A stretch of 64,000 nt of DNA from Dipteris shenzhenensis (lineage: Eukaryota), in the NCBI GenBank assembly GCA_047967505.1, contig CM106538.1; one strand, written 5' to 3'. The translations under genes were made by a program, and so were the position numbers. This document shows, piece by piece, positions 40,400 to 53,495 of this stretch (the stretch's first letter is position 1; every line of letters starts with the position of its first letter). The notes below the pieces were generated by a model. The model saw nothing but the letters and a program-made list of their open reading frames with translations. It was not told the origin of the DNA and did no database searches.

Positions 40400-41259
40400 A
40401 AATTTGTATGATTGGACTTATTCTAGTCTTACAAAGGTATATGTTATGCACTTGGAACATGTGGACTTGTTGATCGGAATAGAGTGGTTTAAAACCCATG
40501 ATATTCAGATCAGATGGAAAAATCATACTCTCTCTCTTTGGATAAGGACATCCAAGTTTGTATTAAAGGTGATGATATTCCCTCTTCTCAAGGACCTATT
40601 GTATCTGCGATGCAGCTTCATAATATATTAAACACTTCTCATTATGATGTGTATCATTGTGTTTTGATTCCACTTTCTTCATTTGTTGTTTCCGTTAATA
40701 ACGAAAATGATTTAAGCGCGTTTGAACACCGAGAATTGAGAACGTTATTAGATGATTTTGTTGATGTATTCCCTGCACAACTCCTACCTCTAGAAAGGGC
40801 AGTAGATCATCACGTAGATTTAGTCCGTGGGGCTCAACCTATTAGTATTCCACCTTATAGGATGAGCTAGCTTGAGGAGGACAAGTTAGCTTCGTAGCTT
40901 CAGGATTATCTTCGCCCAAGTAAATTACCCTGGGGTGCAATGGTGTGGCAGATGCCTTAAGTCAAGTCACGTTCGTAAATGCTATATCATTTACGGAAAT
41001 GTCCTCAAACCTATTTCAATTCTTGAGAGGACCTTGCACAACTGATAGTCATTTCAGGTTTTTCTAGCAGAAGGTCCAAGATGAGAGCTCCATGGTTGAC
41101 TAGAACTCAAGGATTGTGCCTTCTATCGCTGTTCTGGAATCAAAAGATATGTGTGCCAGATGTTTCGGATCTTCGATCCAAGATTCTCTAGGAGTGTCAT
41201 GATGCTCCTAGCGCTAGACATCCCGGGGTACATAGGACTCTGTCTCTTGTGAAATATAC
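40400..41259 (+). mobile_element. Internally deleted Gypsy pol fragment (PR, RT start, ADALS, INT zinc finger)
   Basis: DLLIGIEWFKTH, LLDDFVDVFP...DHHVDLVRGAQPISIPPYRMS, VADALS and ECHDAPSARHPGVHRT. Confidence 0.8.
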
Positions 41260-42639
41260 TGTAACCGGCCCTTGATCACAAAGGACAGTGTACCTGTCTC
41301 TACTATCTCACAAAACTGAAAATACAGCCAACTTGAAAGATTGCCTTTGTCCACAAACAAAACTCAGAGCATAAAACTTCACTGTATAGCATCATGGAAC
41401 CATTTAAGACAAGGGAGGCTAGAATGCCCCTACTCGGAAGCATAAAGAGTGACACTTATTGGCCCCAACACTTGGCGCCCCTTGCGGTATTTATTTCATT
41501 ACTGGTTAGCTCAAGGTACAAAGGGACTCCCTTCAAGAGCTCACCCGCAGAGGTGCAACCCAATACAATGCCAACCCGTGGCTGTGCTAGTGACCAACTC
41601 CTAGTGCTATTCCTTTGGTTCCTTTCAAAAGTCATGCATAACACAAATAGACCAATCTAACAACATACCAAGCAATGCATTCACACATGTCCAGCCAATA
41701 CTGAGCCCAAGGCTAGCCACTGCAACCCCAAGAAGAGAGTATCACAACCAGTGCCCCAATCCTCTCCCGGGCCAACGGCAAGGCATCCAACCTAGCAGAA
41801 ACTCAGTAAGAATGGCAGTAGCATAGAGTAGGAAGAGAAGATGAAAATTCAGCCAACAGAAAGAGCCTGTTTCAGCCTGGAACAGCTCCAGAAGTAGGTT
41901 GAATAGCGGACAGCAAACTCTGGTAGGAGGGAGCTGCCTATGAGTGTCTTCCAGCACCAGAAAAGATCAGAAAAGAGTGCGTCCACCAAGCTGTAGGAAA
42001 TCCACCATGAATGCGTCCTCCAGAATGGAGTTTCCAGCCCACAAACACCTCAGAACTCAGTGCGCCTTGCACCAGACAGAGGCCAGGAGTATATGGCCTC
42101 ATATGCAGGAAAGAAGAACTTCTATCTCGAAGAAAGTCGAGAAAAGCTTCAAAAATGGCCCAAAATGGAGGCGTCCGGGTCCAAGAAGCATGCCAACAAC
42201 AGAGAGCACCAAGAGGAGGAGAACTATTGTGAAGAAAGCTCGAAAATCCACTTCAGCCAGCAAGAGGGAGGCTGCAAAAATCCGCCATGTTGAGAATGAA
42301 GTAGAAGTCTCAAATCAGCAAGGAAGGGAAAGGAAGGGCTCCAGAGCCTTCCAGGGACTTCCAGGGGTGACACCTAGGTGCCACAAGGCAAGCAGAGAAG
42401 CCACATGCAGACACATGTACTAAATGAGACGTGGGATTTTTGTTAGAAATGACCCAACAAAGGGTACGCACAGCGGAAGACTGATAGTAATGCCCAGGAG
42501 CTCACACAGTGTGCGTGTGGGATGTGGAATCACAAACTCCTTAACTTATGTGCATAAAATAGATGTGCAGACTCATCAATAGACAATGCACCAGCCAGAT
42601 AGAGAAACCACCAAAATCATATATTTCCATCCAAAACTA

Positions 42640-43820
42640 TGGACACAATACAAAAGAGATAGATCCAGAGTCCCACCAATGGTGTGGTCCTCTAATCTTA
42701 CCACAAGGTCCTCCTCCTATCTGCTAGTTATCTCTAGACTCGAGCTCGCGTGCTCCAACCTTGAGCGTCTATAGACTTTCCGTCCAGTGTGTTCTTCTCC
42801 ACCTTACTGCCTATGAATCAGCCTAGGTGGGCAGCCCTTGCCAAGCTTTGTCTGCACCACACAGGTCCCCTTGGTCCTTGTGAATGTAGGCCCCAAGATA
42901 GCTGTTCCACTACTCCAACCTACTTGTGAATGGCTGCTCCAGAAGATGATGATCTCAGCAACCTTCTGTCCTAGAAGACAGTCTAGGTTCAGCCTCTCCC
43001 TGGAGCTAAGTCTGCAGCAACACCTCTCTCCTTCACTTCCTGTGTAGAGGCCCAAGGATGGTGGATATGCTACTCCTTTCTGCTCCTCCCAAAGCTGCTT
43101 GGCTGGATGTGAAATGAGGCCCAGGGCCTCTCCTTGTATAGGGCTCAAGGCCCCCTTGAACCAACCGACCAGCCAGCCCTAAATGGGCCGACTGGCTGGT
43201 CTGCTAGGTTGGCTGGCCAACCGACCTGGTTGGCTCAGCCCAACCAGCCCTGCGGATGTGAAGAACACTAAGCTGTGGCATGAGAGGTTTAGTCATCTAA
43301 ACCTTAGTTCTTTGAAGGAGATGCATAAAAGTAGAATGATTGCAGACCTACCAGAAATTTCAGATCTGTCCGATATATGTGAAGCTTGCATGATGGGCAA
43401 GCAGCATCGGCATCCCTTTCCTAAAGATGCCAGCAAGGCAAAGGCTCCTCTAGAGGTCGTTCACACGGACCTCTGCGGAAAGATGGAGACGGAAGCTTTG
43501 GGTGGTTCCTACTACTTCATGACGTTGATCGACGACTACAGTAGAAGGATATGGATATACTTCCTGAAGACGAAAGACGAGGCTTTCAGTAGGTTCAAGG
43601 AATGGCATGTAATGGTCGAGGAAGAATCGGGGAGGAAGATGAAGAAGTTGAGATCAGATGGAGGTGGAGAGTTCACATCGACTGAATTTGAAAGTTACTG
43701 CAAAAGTCACGGGATCAAGAGGTAGAAATCCCCGTCACATACATCCGTACCTTCTTTGTACTGAAGCGCTGTCTGTCCTTGCTGGAAATCCCTGCGCAAT
43801 CAAGCTGCTGCAGGTCCCTG
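42640..43820 (-). repeat. Partial duplicate of the Gypsy F LTR, interrupted by a Copia fragment
   Basis: 42640-43250 matches 49826-~50447, and 43735-43820 matches ~50637-50724. Confidence 0.9.
43251..43730 (+). pseudogene. Isolated Copia GAG-pre-integrase/rve fragment
   Basis: LWHERFSHLN...CEACMMGKQHR...HTDLCG...IDDYSR...LRSDGGGEF; no LTR or TSD. Confidence 0.9.
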
Positions 43821-46800
43821 GGGATTGTTTGGGATTTGTCCCATACTTTGTTGCAGGTTTTGTGACAGGCTGAGGTGTTTGGAGCCTTTTTCAGTGGACA
43901 AAACAGTGTATGACAAGTGGTTTATGCATATAAAATCAGTGCAATACCTCATCTGAGGTGGGAGAAGTGTCCAGGACAGCAGTGTTTTGTGCTTCGTCAG
44001 ATGATGATGCACTGATAAAGCACTTGTGGAACAGCTACAGCATTCTGAAGTTACTGTTTTATGCCTATTTGAGCACGGTACAGTGTGTCAGAAGGTACAG
44101 TGACTGGAGGGAAAATTCTGTTTTGCTGCAGATTTTTTGACAGTACAAAACAGAACTATTGTGAGTGCTCCTGGCTCTTGATAGAGCAGGTTTTCTGAGA
44201 AATCAGAATTTTATTTAGTCATTTTTGACTTACAGGGAGTCAGGCACTTTCCTTATCTGATATGGCATCAGGGGGAAGTGAATCCTCAATACTAAACATA
44301 AAGAAATTGGAAGGGGCACACAATTATGCATTATGGGCAGAACAGTGTTTGAATGTACTTTTGCTAAAGAAGATTTCTAAGCCCATAAGGGTGAAGGGTG
44401 TCAAGCCATCTGGGATGGCAGATGATGAGTGGGAGGAGCTTGATTTGTCCGCAAGGGCTGCTATCATGCTTACTCTCACTGATTCTCTTGTGTTCAATGT
44501 TCAGGCAGAAATGTTCAGGCAGAAAAGACCTCTTATGGCCTATGATAGAGGCTAGAAGAGTTGTATGCCCAAAAGAGTTCAGCCAGTAAGGTTTATTGGT
44601 TGAAGAAGCTTGTCGACCTTCGCATGAAGGAAGGTACAGCTATGACCTCACACTTGAGTGAGTTCAATGCCATCTTTACACAGCTTAGGGGACGAGCATT
44701 TTCTGAGCGAAATCTTCCGAGTGTCCGAGCGAAGGAAAAAAAAAGCTTCCAACTATGCATAAATATGGCAAAAATCAATCAGAAGAAAACATAGTTTCAC
44801 TTAGAAATATGCAAAGTATTATAGCAATGCCTATTTTATACAAAAATCTTTAGGTGAATCTGTAGGAATGGTGAGAGCATAATGGGATGGCTTTTGAAGA
44901 AACCCACATGTAGAGTAGACTTCTCTATGAAAATTCCCTTATGATCCTTCTTACAACTTTTACTTAATAGGGGGTGACATTGAAAACCCTCTCTCAACCT
45001 ATCTTCATGAAAGAGTTTCTTCAAAGAAAACTCATTGAAGCAAGCCATCCAGGTAGTTTCGCCAGCGAAACCCCTTTGAAGCAAGTCTCCCAAGGTAGTT
45101 TCGCTGGCGAAACTACCTTGGACAGCACTTTTAAAAGTGACATAACTTTCATATCCAATGTCCAAATATAGTCATTCAACCACTCAAATTGATCGGAACA
45201 CCCCATTTGAGCACATCTATGAAGTTATATTTTGGAAAATCTTTCATATATAGTATTAAATATTACATGTATTTTATGAGAGTGATATATAAGCCCAAGT
45301 TAATACTTATTTATAGTAATTTAGACTTCTTTAGAAACATGTCCATAAATATGCTATAAAAACACTAAAAAGATATTGCCATATGATATAAATGTGTTAA
45401 TAAGTAATTATATATGCATAGTATTATTACATTGAGAGTGATTATGAGGAATGTTTCTTAAAGGAATCAACACTTTTTTAAGGTAATAACAGGGGTACAA
45501 AGGGATGTCTCTAAATAAGAAAATTATGTTGTGTAAAAATGAATGAGTGACTAGTCTGTATATTTTTATGATAAAGGGATCTAGTTCTAGTGAAAATAAA
45601 AGTGTAAAAACCATGTTTCCTAAAGAAAAACATTTTTAAAAATCTCTTGAAAAACACGCTCGGATAAACCTGCTCATAGGTTTTTGCTCGTAAAATTGAC
45701 GCATCCACACAGCTTATCGCACAGGGATTGAACCTTGATGAGGAGTTCAAGGCTACTTTCTTGTTGTGTACCCTCCCTGAGAGTTGGGACACTTTCAAGA
45801 CCACCCTGTCTAATTCAAATGTCACTCTTATGTATGCTGATGTGGAGAGCTCTCTTCTCATGGAGGAGATGAGCAGGAAGAATAATGCGGGCAGCAAGTC
45901 TTCCAATGCTTTGCAAGTACAGGAAAGAGGTAGGACTCAGCAGAAGGGGAGATCTGCTGGCAAGTCCAAATCCCGCAGTCAGTCCCGTGGCAAAAAGGAT
46001 ATTGAATGCTTTTACTGTGGCAAGAAGGGACATGTGAAGTCTAAGTGCTTCAAGTTTATACGGGATCAGAAAGCCAAGAAGGCTGAGACAAAGTATGCAG
46101 GCAGTGGAAGCAAAGGCAAAGGCAAGGCCAAGGCAGATGACTTGGATGCATTGAATGTTGCAGCAGAGGACAGTGACAGTGACAGACATGATGTATTATG
46201 TTCTTCTGCTGTAATTGCACATACATTGGTTGTTGATGGCCATGACATGCACACCTGGCTCTTGGATTCAGGTGCTTCTTTTCATGTTACGCCTCATAGG
46301 GAGTGGTTTACTTCCCACACAAGTACTCATGGAGTTGTTCACCTTGGGAACAACTATGCATGTCAGATTGCAGGGATTGGCAGTATACAGATAGTATTCC
46401 CTGATGGACGCATATTTATGCTTGATGGTGTTCGCCATGTGCCGCAAATCAAGAAAAATCTGATTAGCACTGGCTTGTTGGATGACAGTGGTTACCACAC
46501 CACATTTGGGGATTCCAAATGGGTGATTACTGATGGCCAGGTTGTAGTGGGTGAGGGTTATAAGAGTGATACCTTGTACCCTCTTTATGTTTCCAGTGCA
46601 GGTAATTGGCATAACCGAGCTGCCAAAGGTTTCATTGTGGCATAGCCGGTTGGGACACATGTCCGTTAAAGAAATGCAAGAACTGTCACGTTTGGGTTGT
46701 CTGCCGTCTCTTTCTTTTTCAGATTTGCCTACTTGTGATCATTGCATTTTTGGAAAGCGTTCTATGACTCCTCATAAGAGGAGAACTCCCCAAAATAGAG

Positions 46801-49800
46801 CACCGCTTGATCTAGTGCACACTGATTTAGGTGAGATGCCACAGCTATCACTAGGGGGTGCAAAGTATTTCATTACTTTTATTGATGATGCCACACGCAA
46901 AGTGTGGGTCTATTTCTTGAAGCATAAGAGCGATGCCTTAGATGCTTTCAAGAAGTTTGTCGCTCAGGTTGAGAATCGGACAGGACGCAGGCTGAAATGC
47001 CTCAGATCCGATAATGGGGGTGAGTATGTGTCACCTGCTTTTGTACAGTTATGCGAAGCTAAGGGCATTAAACAGGAACTCACAACCCCTCATAATGCAT
47101 CTCAAAATGGTGTGAGTGAGCGGATGAATCGAACTATTCAGGAGAAAGTTCGATGTATGTTGTCTTATGCTGCATTGCCCCATGGCTTTTGGGCAGAAGC
47201 CGTGCAAACAGCAGTTCACCTAATTAACAGGTCGCCGAACAAGGCTTTGGAATTGAAAGTGCCAGAGAAGGTGTGGTCTGGCAAGCCACCTTTATATAAG
47301 CATTTACGTGTGTTTGGCTGCGAGTGCTTTGCTCATGTACGCAAAGAACTGCGCACCAAACTGGAGCCAAAGTCTTTCAGATGCATCTTCATGGGTTACG
47401 GTGACGAAGGTGAAATGGGGTAAAGGTTATGGGATCCCGTCAAACGGAAGATTATACGCAGCAATGATGTCATCTTTAAAGAGGATAGTGTACACAAAGA
47501 ACCCGTGCAACCTGTGGAATACAGAAGGGTTGTTTATGATGATGTCGGACAGCAAAGAATGCCCATTAATATGCAGCAGCAGGCTGCTGTAAATAACCCT
47601 GTTCAAGAGGGTATACAGGCTGAAAATCAGCCAGACAATTTTGCCAATGATGCATCACTGGATATGCCAGCAAATGGCGCTGTAGAACAGCCAAATATGG
47701 TGGTACAGCCACCCGTCATGCATGACGAACAAGCTAGACAGCAGCCTATTACGGAACTTTTTGTTAGGAGGAGCACCCGTGTACAACGGCCTCCTGACAG
47801 GTTTGTTCCAGGAGCCAATAATGTGGCTGATTTTATCATGCTGACAAATTGTGGTGAGCCTTCCAGCTTCAAGGAAGCTATGGGAAGAACAGAGAAAAGG
47901 AAGTGGGAGAAAGCCATGCAGTCAGAAATGGACTCCCTACTTCAAAATGATACATGGGACTTGGTGCAGCTACCTGCAGGCAGAAAGGTTTTGCCATGCA
48001 AGTGGGTTTACAAAGTCAAAGTGGATTCAAATGCTTTACCGAGGTATAAGGCCAGATTGGTTGCCAAAGGATTTAAGCAGGAGAAGGGCATTGACTTTGA
48101 TGAGATCTTTTCCCCTGTAGTCAAGATGACTACTTTGAGAGCAGTGTTAGCTCTTGTTGCTCATGAGGACATGGATTTATATCAGATGGATGTGAAGACT
48201 GCTTTTCTTCACGGAGATTTCCATGATGAGATCTACATGAGTCAGCCAGAGGGATATGCTATTAAAGGGAAAGAGCAGCTTGTGTGTAAGCTCAAGAGGA
48301 GCTTGTATGGACTCAAGCAGGCGCCAAGAGAATGGTACAAAAAGTTTGATGCCTTCATGCAGTCCCAAGGGTATCATAGGTGTGAGACCGATCACTGCTT
48401 GTACACCAAACGGGCAAAGGATGGCAGTTTGATGCTACTCATTCTATATGTGGATGACATACTGATTGCCAGCAAATCTCAGCAGGAGATTATTGCTTTG
48501 AAGAAGCAACTACATAAGTCTTTTGACATGAAAGACTTGGGTGATGCAAATCACATACTAGGTATGCGGATTACTCGTGACAGGTCTAAGGGACTTTTGT
48601 TTCTGTCACAGGAAGAGTACATTGGCAAGGTACTGCAGAGGTTTAAAATGGAGGGGGGGAAGTCTATTAGTACCCCGTTGCCTCCTCATTTAAAACTTAG
48701 CAGTAAGGACAGCCCCAGATCAGATGATGATAAGGCTGAGATGGCCAAGGTTCCATATGCATCTGCAGTTGGTTCTTTGATGTATGCCATAAGTCTATTA
48801 GTACCCCGTTGCCTCCTCATTTAAAACTCAGCAGTAAGGACAGCCCCAGATCAGATGATGATAAGGCTGAGATGGCCAAGGTTCCGTATGCATCTGCAGT
48901 TGGTTCTTTGATGTATGCCATGGTTGCCACTCGTCCGGATATTGCTTTTGCGGTGGGAGTCATCAGCAGGTATATGGCAAATCCAGGCAAGCGGCACTGG
49001 GAAGCAGTGAAAGGCGTCTTGAGGTATCTCAAGGGTACCAAAGACTTGTGCATATGCTATGGTAGGCAGGATGCATCGGTGCATGGTTTTACAAATTCAG
49101 ACTATGCAGGAAATGCAGATAACCGGAAGTCTACTACCGGTTATATTTTCACATTTGCAGGAGGTGCTATATCATGGGTGTCTCGGTTGCAGAAATGCAT
49201 TGCACTGTCAACCACTGAAGCTGAATATGTTGCAACCACTGAGGCTTGCAAGGAAGCAATATGGCTTACTCGGCTGGTGGGAGATTTGGGCATTACAGGA
49301 GATATGCCAGTTTTGCATTGTGATAGTCAGAGTGCTATCATGTTGGCAAAGAATCCGGTCTTTCATCAGAAGACCAAGCACATAGATGTGAAATACCACT
49401 TCATCAGGGAGGTACTGGAAGACAAGCGGCTTGAGCTTGTGAAGGTGCATACTGATGATAATCCTGCAGATTTGCTCACTAAGAGCTTGCCTACAGAGCG
49501 GTTTGCACATTGTCGCCACATCATGGGATTAGGATGAGACCATTCTTATTTTATGGTCTTGTATACAGTAACTGTATATTGCTGTAATTTTTATTCTTTT
49601 CTCCCCTTTAGGCACATTGGCCTTTAGGTGGGAGGTTGTTGGGGTAAAGGCACATTGCCACCCTTTAAAAGTTATGACCCCTATGACTGTCTTAAGACAG
49701 TCATAGGGTGAATCCCTAATCCTAATAAAACCTATGAGTTTGTGGTGTGGCTCAACACATGATACACACCCACACTCCTTGTGTCTCTCTGTCTCCATCG

Positions 49801-49825
49801 TTCCACCCCCTCTCTTTTCCTCACA
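43821..49825 (+). mobile_element. Copia element E, 5' LTR and PBS lost
   Basis: gag ATG at 44262, zinc knuckle, WLLDSGAS, INT, RT and RNase H to the stop at 49537; PPT ttaggtgggag; 3' LTR 49637-49825. Confidence 0.93.
44688..45706. mobile_element. Non-autonomous MULE-like DNA transposon, 1,019 bp, in the gag of E
   Basis: 10-bp TSD ACACAGCTTA (44678-44687 and 45707-45716); degenerate GG-starting TIRs; removing it restores gag (FTQL|IAQGLNLDEE). Confidence 0.85.
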
Positions 49826-51530
49826 TGGACACAATACAAAAGAGATAGATCCAGAGTCCCACCAATGGTGTGGTCCTCTGATCTTACCACAAGGTCCTTC
49901 TCCTATCTACCAGTTATATCTAGACTCGAGCCCGCGTGCTCCACCTCGAGCGTCTGTAGACTTTCTGTCCAGTGTGTTCTTCTCCACCTTACTGCCTGTG
50001 AATCAGCCTAGGTGGGCAGCCCCTGCCAAGCTTTGTCTGCACCACACAGGTCCCCTTGGTCCGTCTGAATGTAGGCCCCAAGATAGCTGTTCCACTGCTC
50101 CAACCTGCTTGTGAATGGCTGCTCTAGAAGATGATGATCTCAGCAACCTTCTGCCCTAGAAGACAGTCTAGGTTCAGCCTCTCTCTGGAGCTAAGTCTGC
50201 TGCAACACCTCTCTCCTTCACTTCCTGTTCACTTCCTGTGTAGAGGCCCAAGGATGGTGGATATGCTGCTCCTTTCTGCTCCTCCCAAAGCTGCTTGGCT
50301 GGATGTGAAATGAGGCCCAGGGCCTCTCCTTTTATAGGGCTCAAGGCCCCCTTGAACCAACTGACCAGCGAGCCCTAAATGGGCCGACTGGCTGGTCTGC
50401 TAGGTTGGCTGGCCAACCAACCTGGTTGGCTCAGCCCAACCAGCCCTACAAGGGCCCTCTTGCTGGCCCTTTTGTACCCGCCTTGCCACGAGGCACTGCG
50501 CCACTGGCCCAGGCCATATGCGCCCTATTGCGGGCCTTCTTGCAGGCTCCAGCCTGCCCTGTTTGCAGCACCATGGTTGCGCCTCTCTGCTGCAGCAACC
50601 TTGCCTCCTGCCAGGTCTATACCAGCCCTATACAGCCACGTATGCATCCCGTACCTTCTTTGTACTGAAGCACCGTCTGTCCTTGCTGGAAATCCCTGCG
50701 CAATCAGGCTGCTGCAGGTCCCTGATGTCCACGTGTCTGCCCCATACATCAGGAGCTCCACGACTTGCTAGGTACCCTTCATGCTAGCCCATTGGCCATG
50801 TCCGGATAGCTGCCCACATGGCAGCCTGTGTGCTGCCCATGTGGCATCCCCAATATCCCCTGGTCTACCTCCCCCATGCTCTCCTCATTTGGGGGCTTAC
50901 AGATGGGGAGGTGACCTTTCCAACAATTTTAATGCGCCTAGGGGGTCAAATGGCACACCATGACCCTAATGCTTGGGAACAAATGACCCTAGTTTGTAGG
51001 ATCTCTAGGGGGTCAGTTTTTAAAGAATGACCCCACTGAACCAAACCAATGACCTTAGAAATTGAAACCACTCTAATAGCACCAGGAGTTGCACTTATTG
51101 CACATGAAATCATAGGTACCTTTTGGGCATTAACTAAGGCCCCTAGCTTGGTACCCTAGGTTAAATTTAGTGATAGTTAGTTTAGACACTTCACCACCAC
51201 CACCACGTCCCCGTGACATACCCCCCTCTTGAAACAACAAACTATCTTGTTTGCTGTCCCAAAATTACAGGAAATAGAAAAGGGTGTCACAATAGGCATA
51301 AACAGCCCATGATCAATAGTAGTACATCGCATGAAGTACCAAAAATAATATGTACATACAACAGGACTGCAGATCCATTCGTTATCAACCAACTGGAGTG
51401 TCATGATCACTCATCATAGAAGTCTCACGGCAGAAACACTGTCAGCATCAGTGCCTTGGGTGAAGCCGTAGTGTCACCAAGCGACCTCTAGATATCCTGT
51501 GAGCCTGTTCGCACTGTGGGTGCGGAGGTG

Positions 51531-51673
51531 CCCCCCCCCCCCCCCCCCCCCGTGAGCCTGTCTGCACTGTGGGTGCAAAGATGCCGTCTGTCCTTGCTAG
51601 AAATCCCTGCGCAATCAGGCTACTGCAGGTCCCTGATGTCCACGTGTCCCCCCCCCCCCCCCCCCCCCCCCCC
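51531..51673. repeat. Two poly(C) tracts (C21 at 51531-51551, C26 at 51648-51673) flanking duplicated sequence
   Basis: Read directly. Confidence 0.9.
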
Positions 51674-53495
51674 GAGCATCCGGTAATGCCCTAGACCTAT
51701 GATGTGCTAAACTGGCATGAGTCGCTACCGCAGTAGGATCGAGACCAAATGCCTCAAGGTAGAGCTGTAAAACCTGAGGTGGATCTGCCAATTCACTCTC
51801 TTCCATCCAAATCGCATCGTTCGTAGGATAATTCTTGCACTTCACTCGATAGCGTCTGGCAACTCTACCATTAACCTTCCGATCCTTATGTGCCACAATC
51901 TACTCAGGAATCAAGACCTCATCTTGCTCATCAACTTCAGATTGCTCTTCAACTGGCATATCCTGTGGCACTTCTTCGTGAAAAGGCTTCAACAAGCTAA
52001 CATGGAAAGCATTGTGGATGGTCCACTGCTTGGGTAACTTCAACCTGTAAGCTACCTCATTGATCTTCTCAAGAACTTGAAAGGGGCCTTAGTACCTCAT
52101 ATTCAGCTTGGTGTACAGCTTTACCTTCCCTTTCTTGTTCCTGAGGTATGCCTTAAGAAAACGCAGCAAGACCCAATCACCTTTTGTCAAGGCCAGGTTC
52201 CTGTGATGATTATTTGCAGCTCTTTTCAGCTTGTCCTAGCTGCGTTGGAGGGCATACTTAACCTTTTCATAGGCTGCCCGCAAGTCCTCCACATACTCAT
52301 TTGCCACAAAAATCTTCTCTTTTGTATGCAAAATAGGAGGAACCTTTCTCGCTCCTTCCACTATTTCAAACAGTGCCTTACCCGTAGAAGAGTGCACTGT
52401 ATTGTTCTACGCATACTCAATCAATGGCAAATAATGTTCCCACTTCGCTTTGTGCTCAAACACATAACAACGCAGTAAATCCAAAGCTGTAGAATACGCC
52501 TCTTCTGATTGACCAGCAGATTGTGGATGATAAGAAGATGAAAACAGCAGTGAGGTACCCATGTCATCAAACAAACCTCTCCAGAACATGCTGGTCATCC
52601 GTGGATCTCTATTGCTCACGATAGACTGAGGCATCCCATGGTACTTGAAAATAGATTTCAAGAACTCCTTTGCCATCTGCTCGGAAGTAATCTTCTTCCT
52701 TACTGGAATGAAATGAGCCATCTTGTTGAATCTGCAAATTATGGTCCATATGTCATCATGACCAGGAGGAGTGCGAGGGAGATCAAAAACAAAATCCATA
52801 GCGATGCTCTACCATGGTCTATCTGGTATAGGCAAAGGCTGACGTAAATGGGGCTGTTTTTGCCCGTCATACTTCACCTTTTGACAAGCGATGCATGTCC
52901 TGACATAAGCCTCAACATCCTTTCATAAAGACGGCCAATAAAAGTAGTGCTCTACTGCTTTGATTGTAGCCTCAATACCCCTATACCCTGCATACGGTGG
53001 GGCATGACTTTCAGTGAGCACCTTATGCCTCAATGGCTGCGTTACATGTGGAAGGGAGAGTGTGAGAGCACACACACACACAAGCAGGATTTGCAAAACA
53101 AGGAGTGTGGGGATAAAAGGTATGTGTGTACCTCCCCTAGCACACAGTGAAGCTTTTATATAAAGGGATAAGGTTACAACACTAAGTACGGTGTACTTAG
53201 TGTACTTAACTTTACTTGGGTGGCCATAGAGCCTTTACCCCAACAACGTTGTGGAAGGGAGAGTGTGAGAGCACACACACACACAAGCAGGATTTGCAAA
53301 ACAAGGAGTGTGGGGATAAAAGGTATGTGTGTACCTCCCCTAGCACACAGTGAAGCTTTTATATAAAGGGATAAGGTTACAACACTAAGTACGGTGTACT
53401 TAGTGTACTTAACTGTACTTGGGTGGCCATAGAGCCTTTACCCCAACAACCTCCCACTTAAAGGCAATATGCCCTCAAGTAAAAATAAATGAGGC

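Noticed and set aside
41944-42423. Basic 159-aa ORF and overlapping ORFs
   Set aside because: No domain motif; they lie in probable LTR sequence
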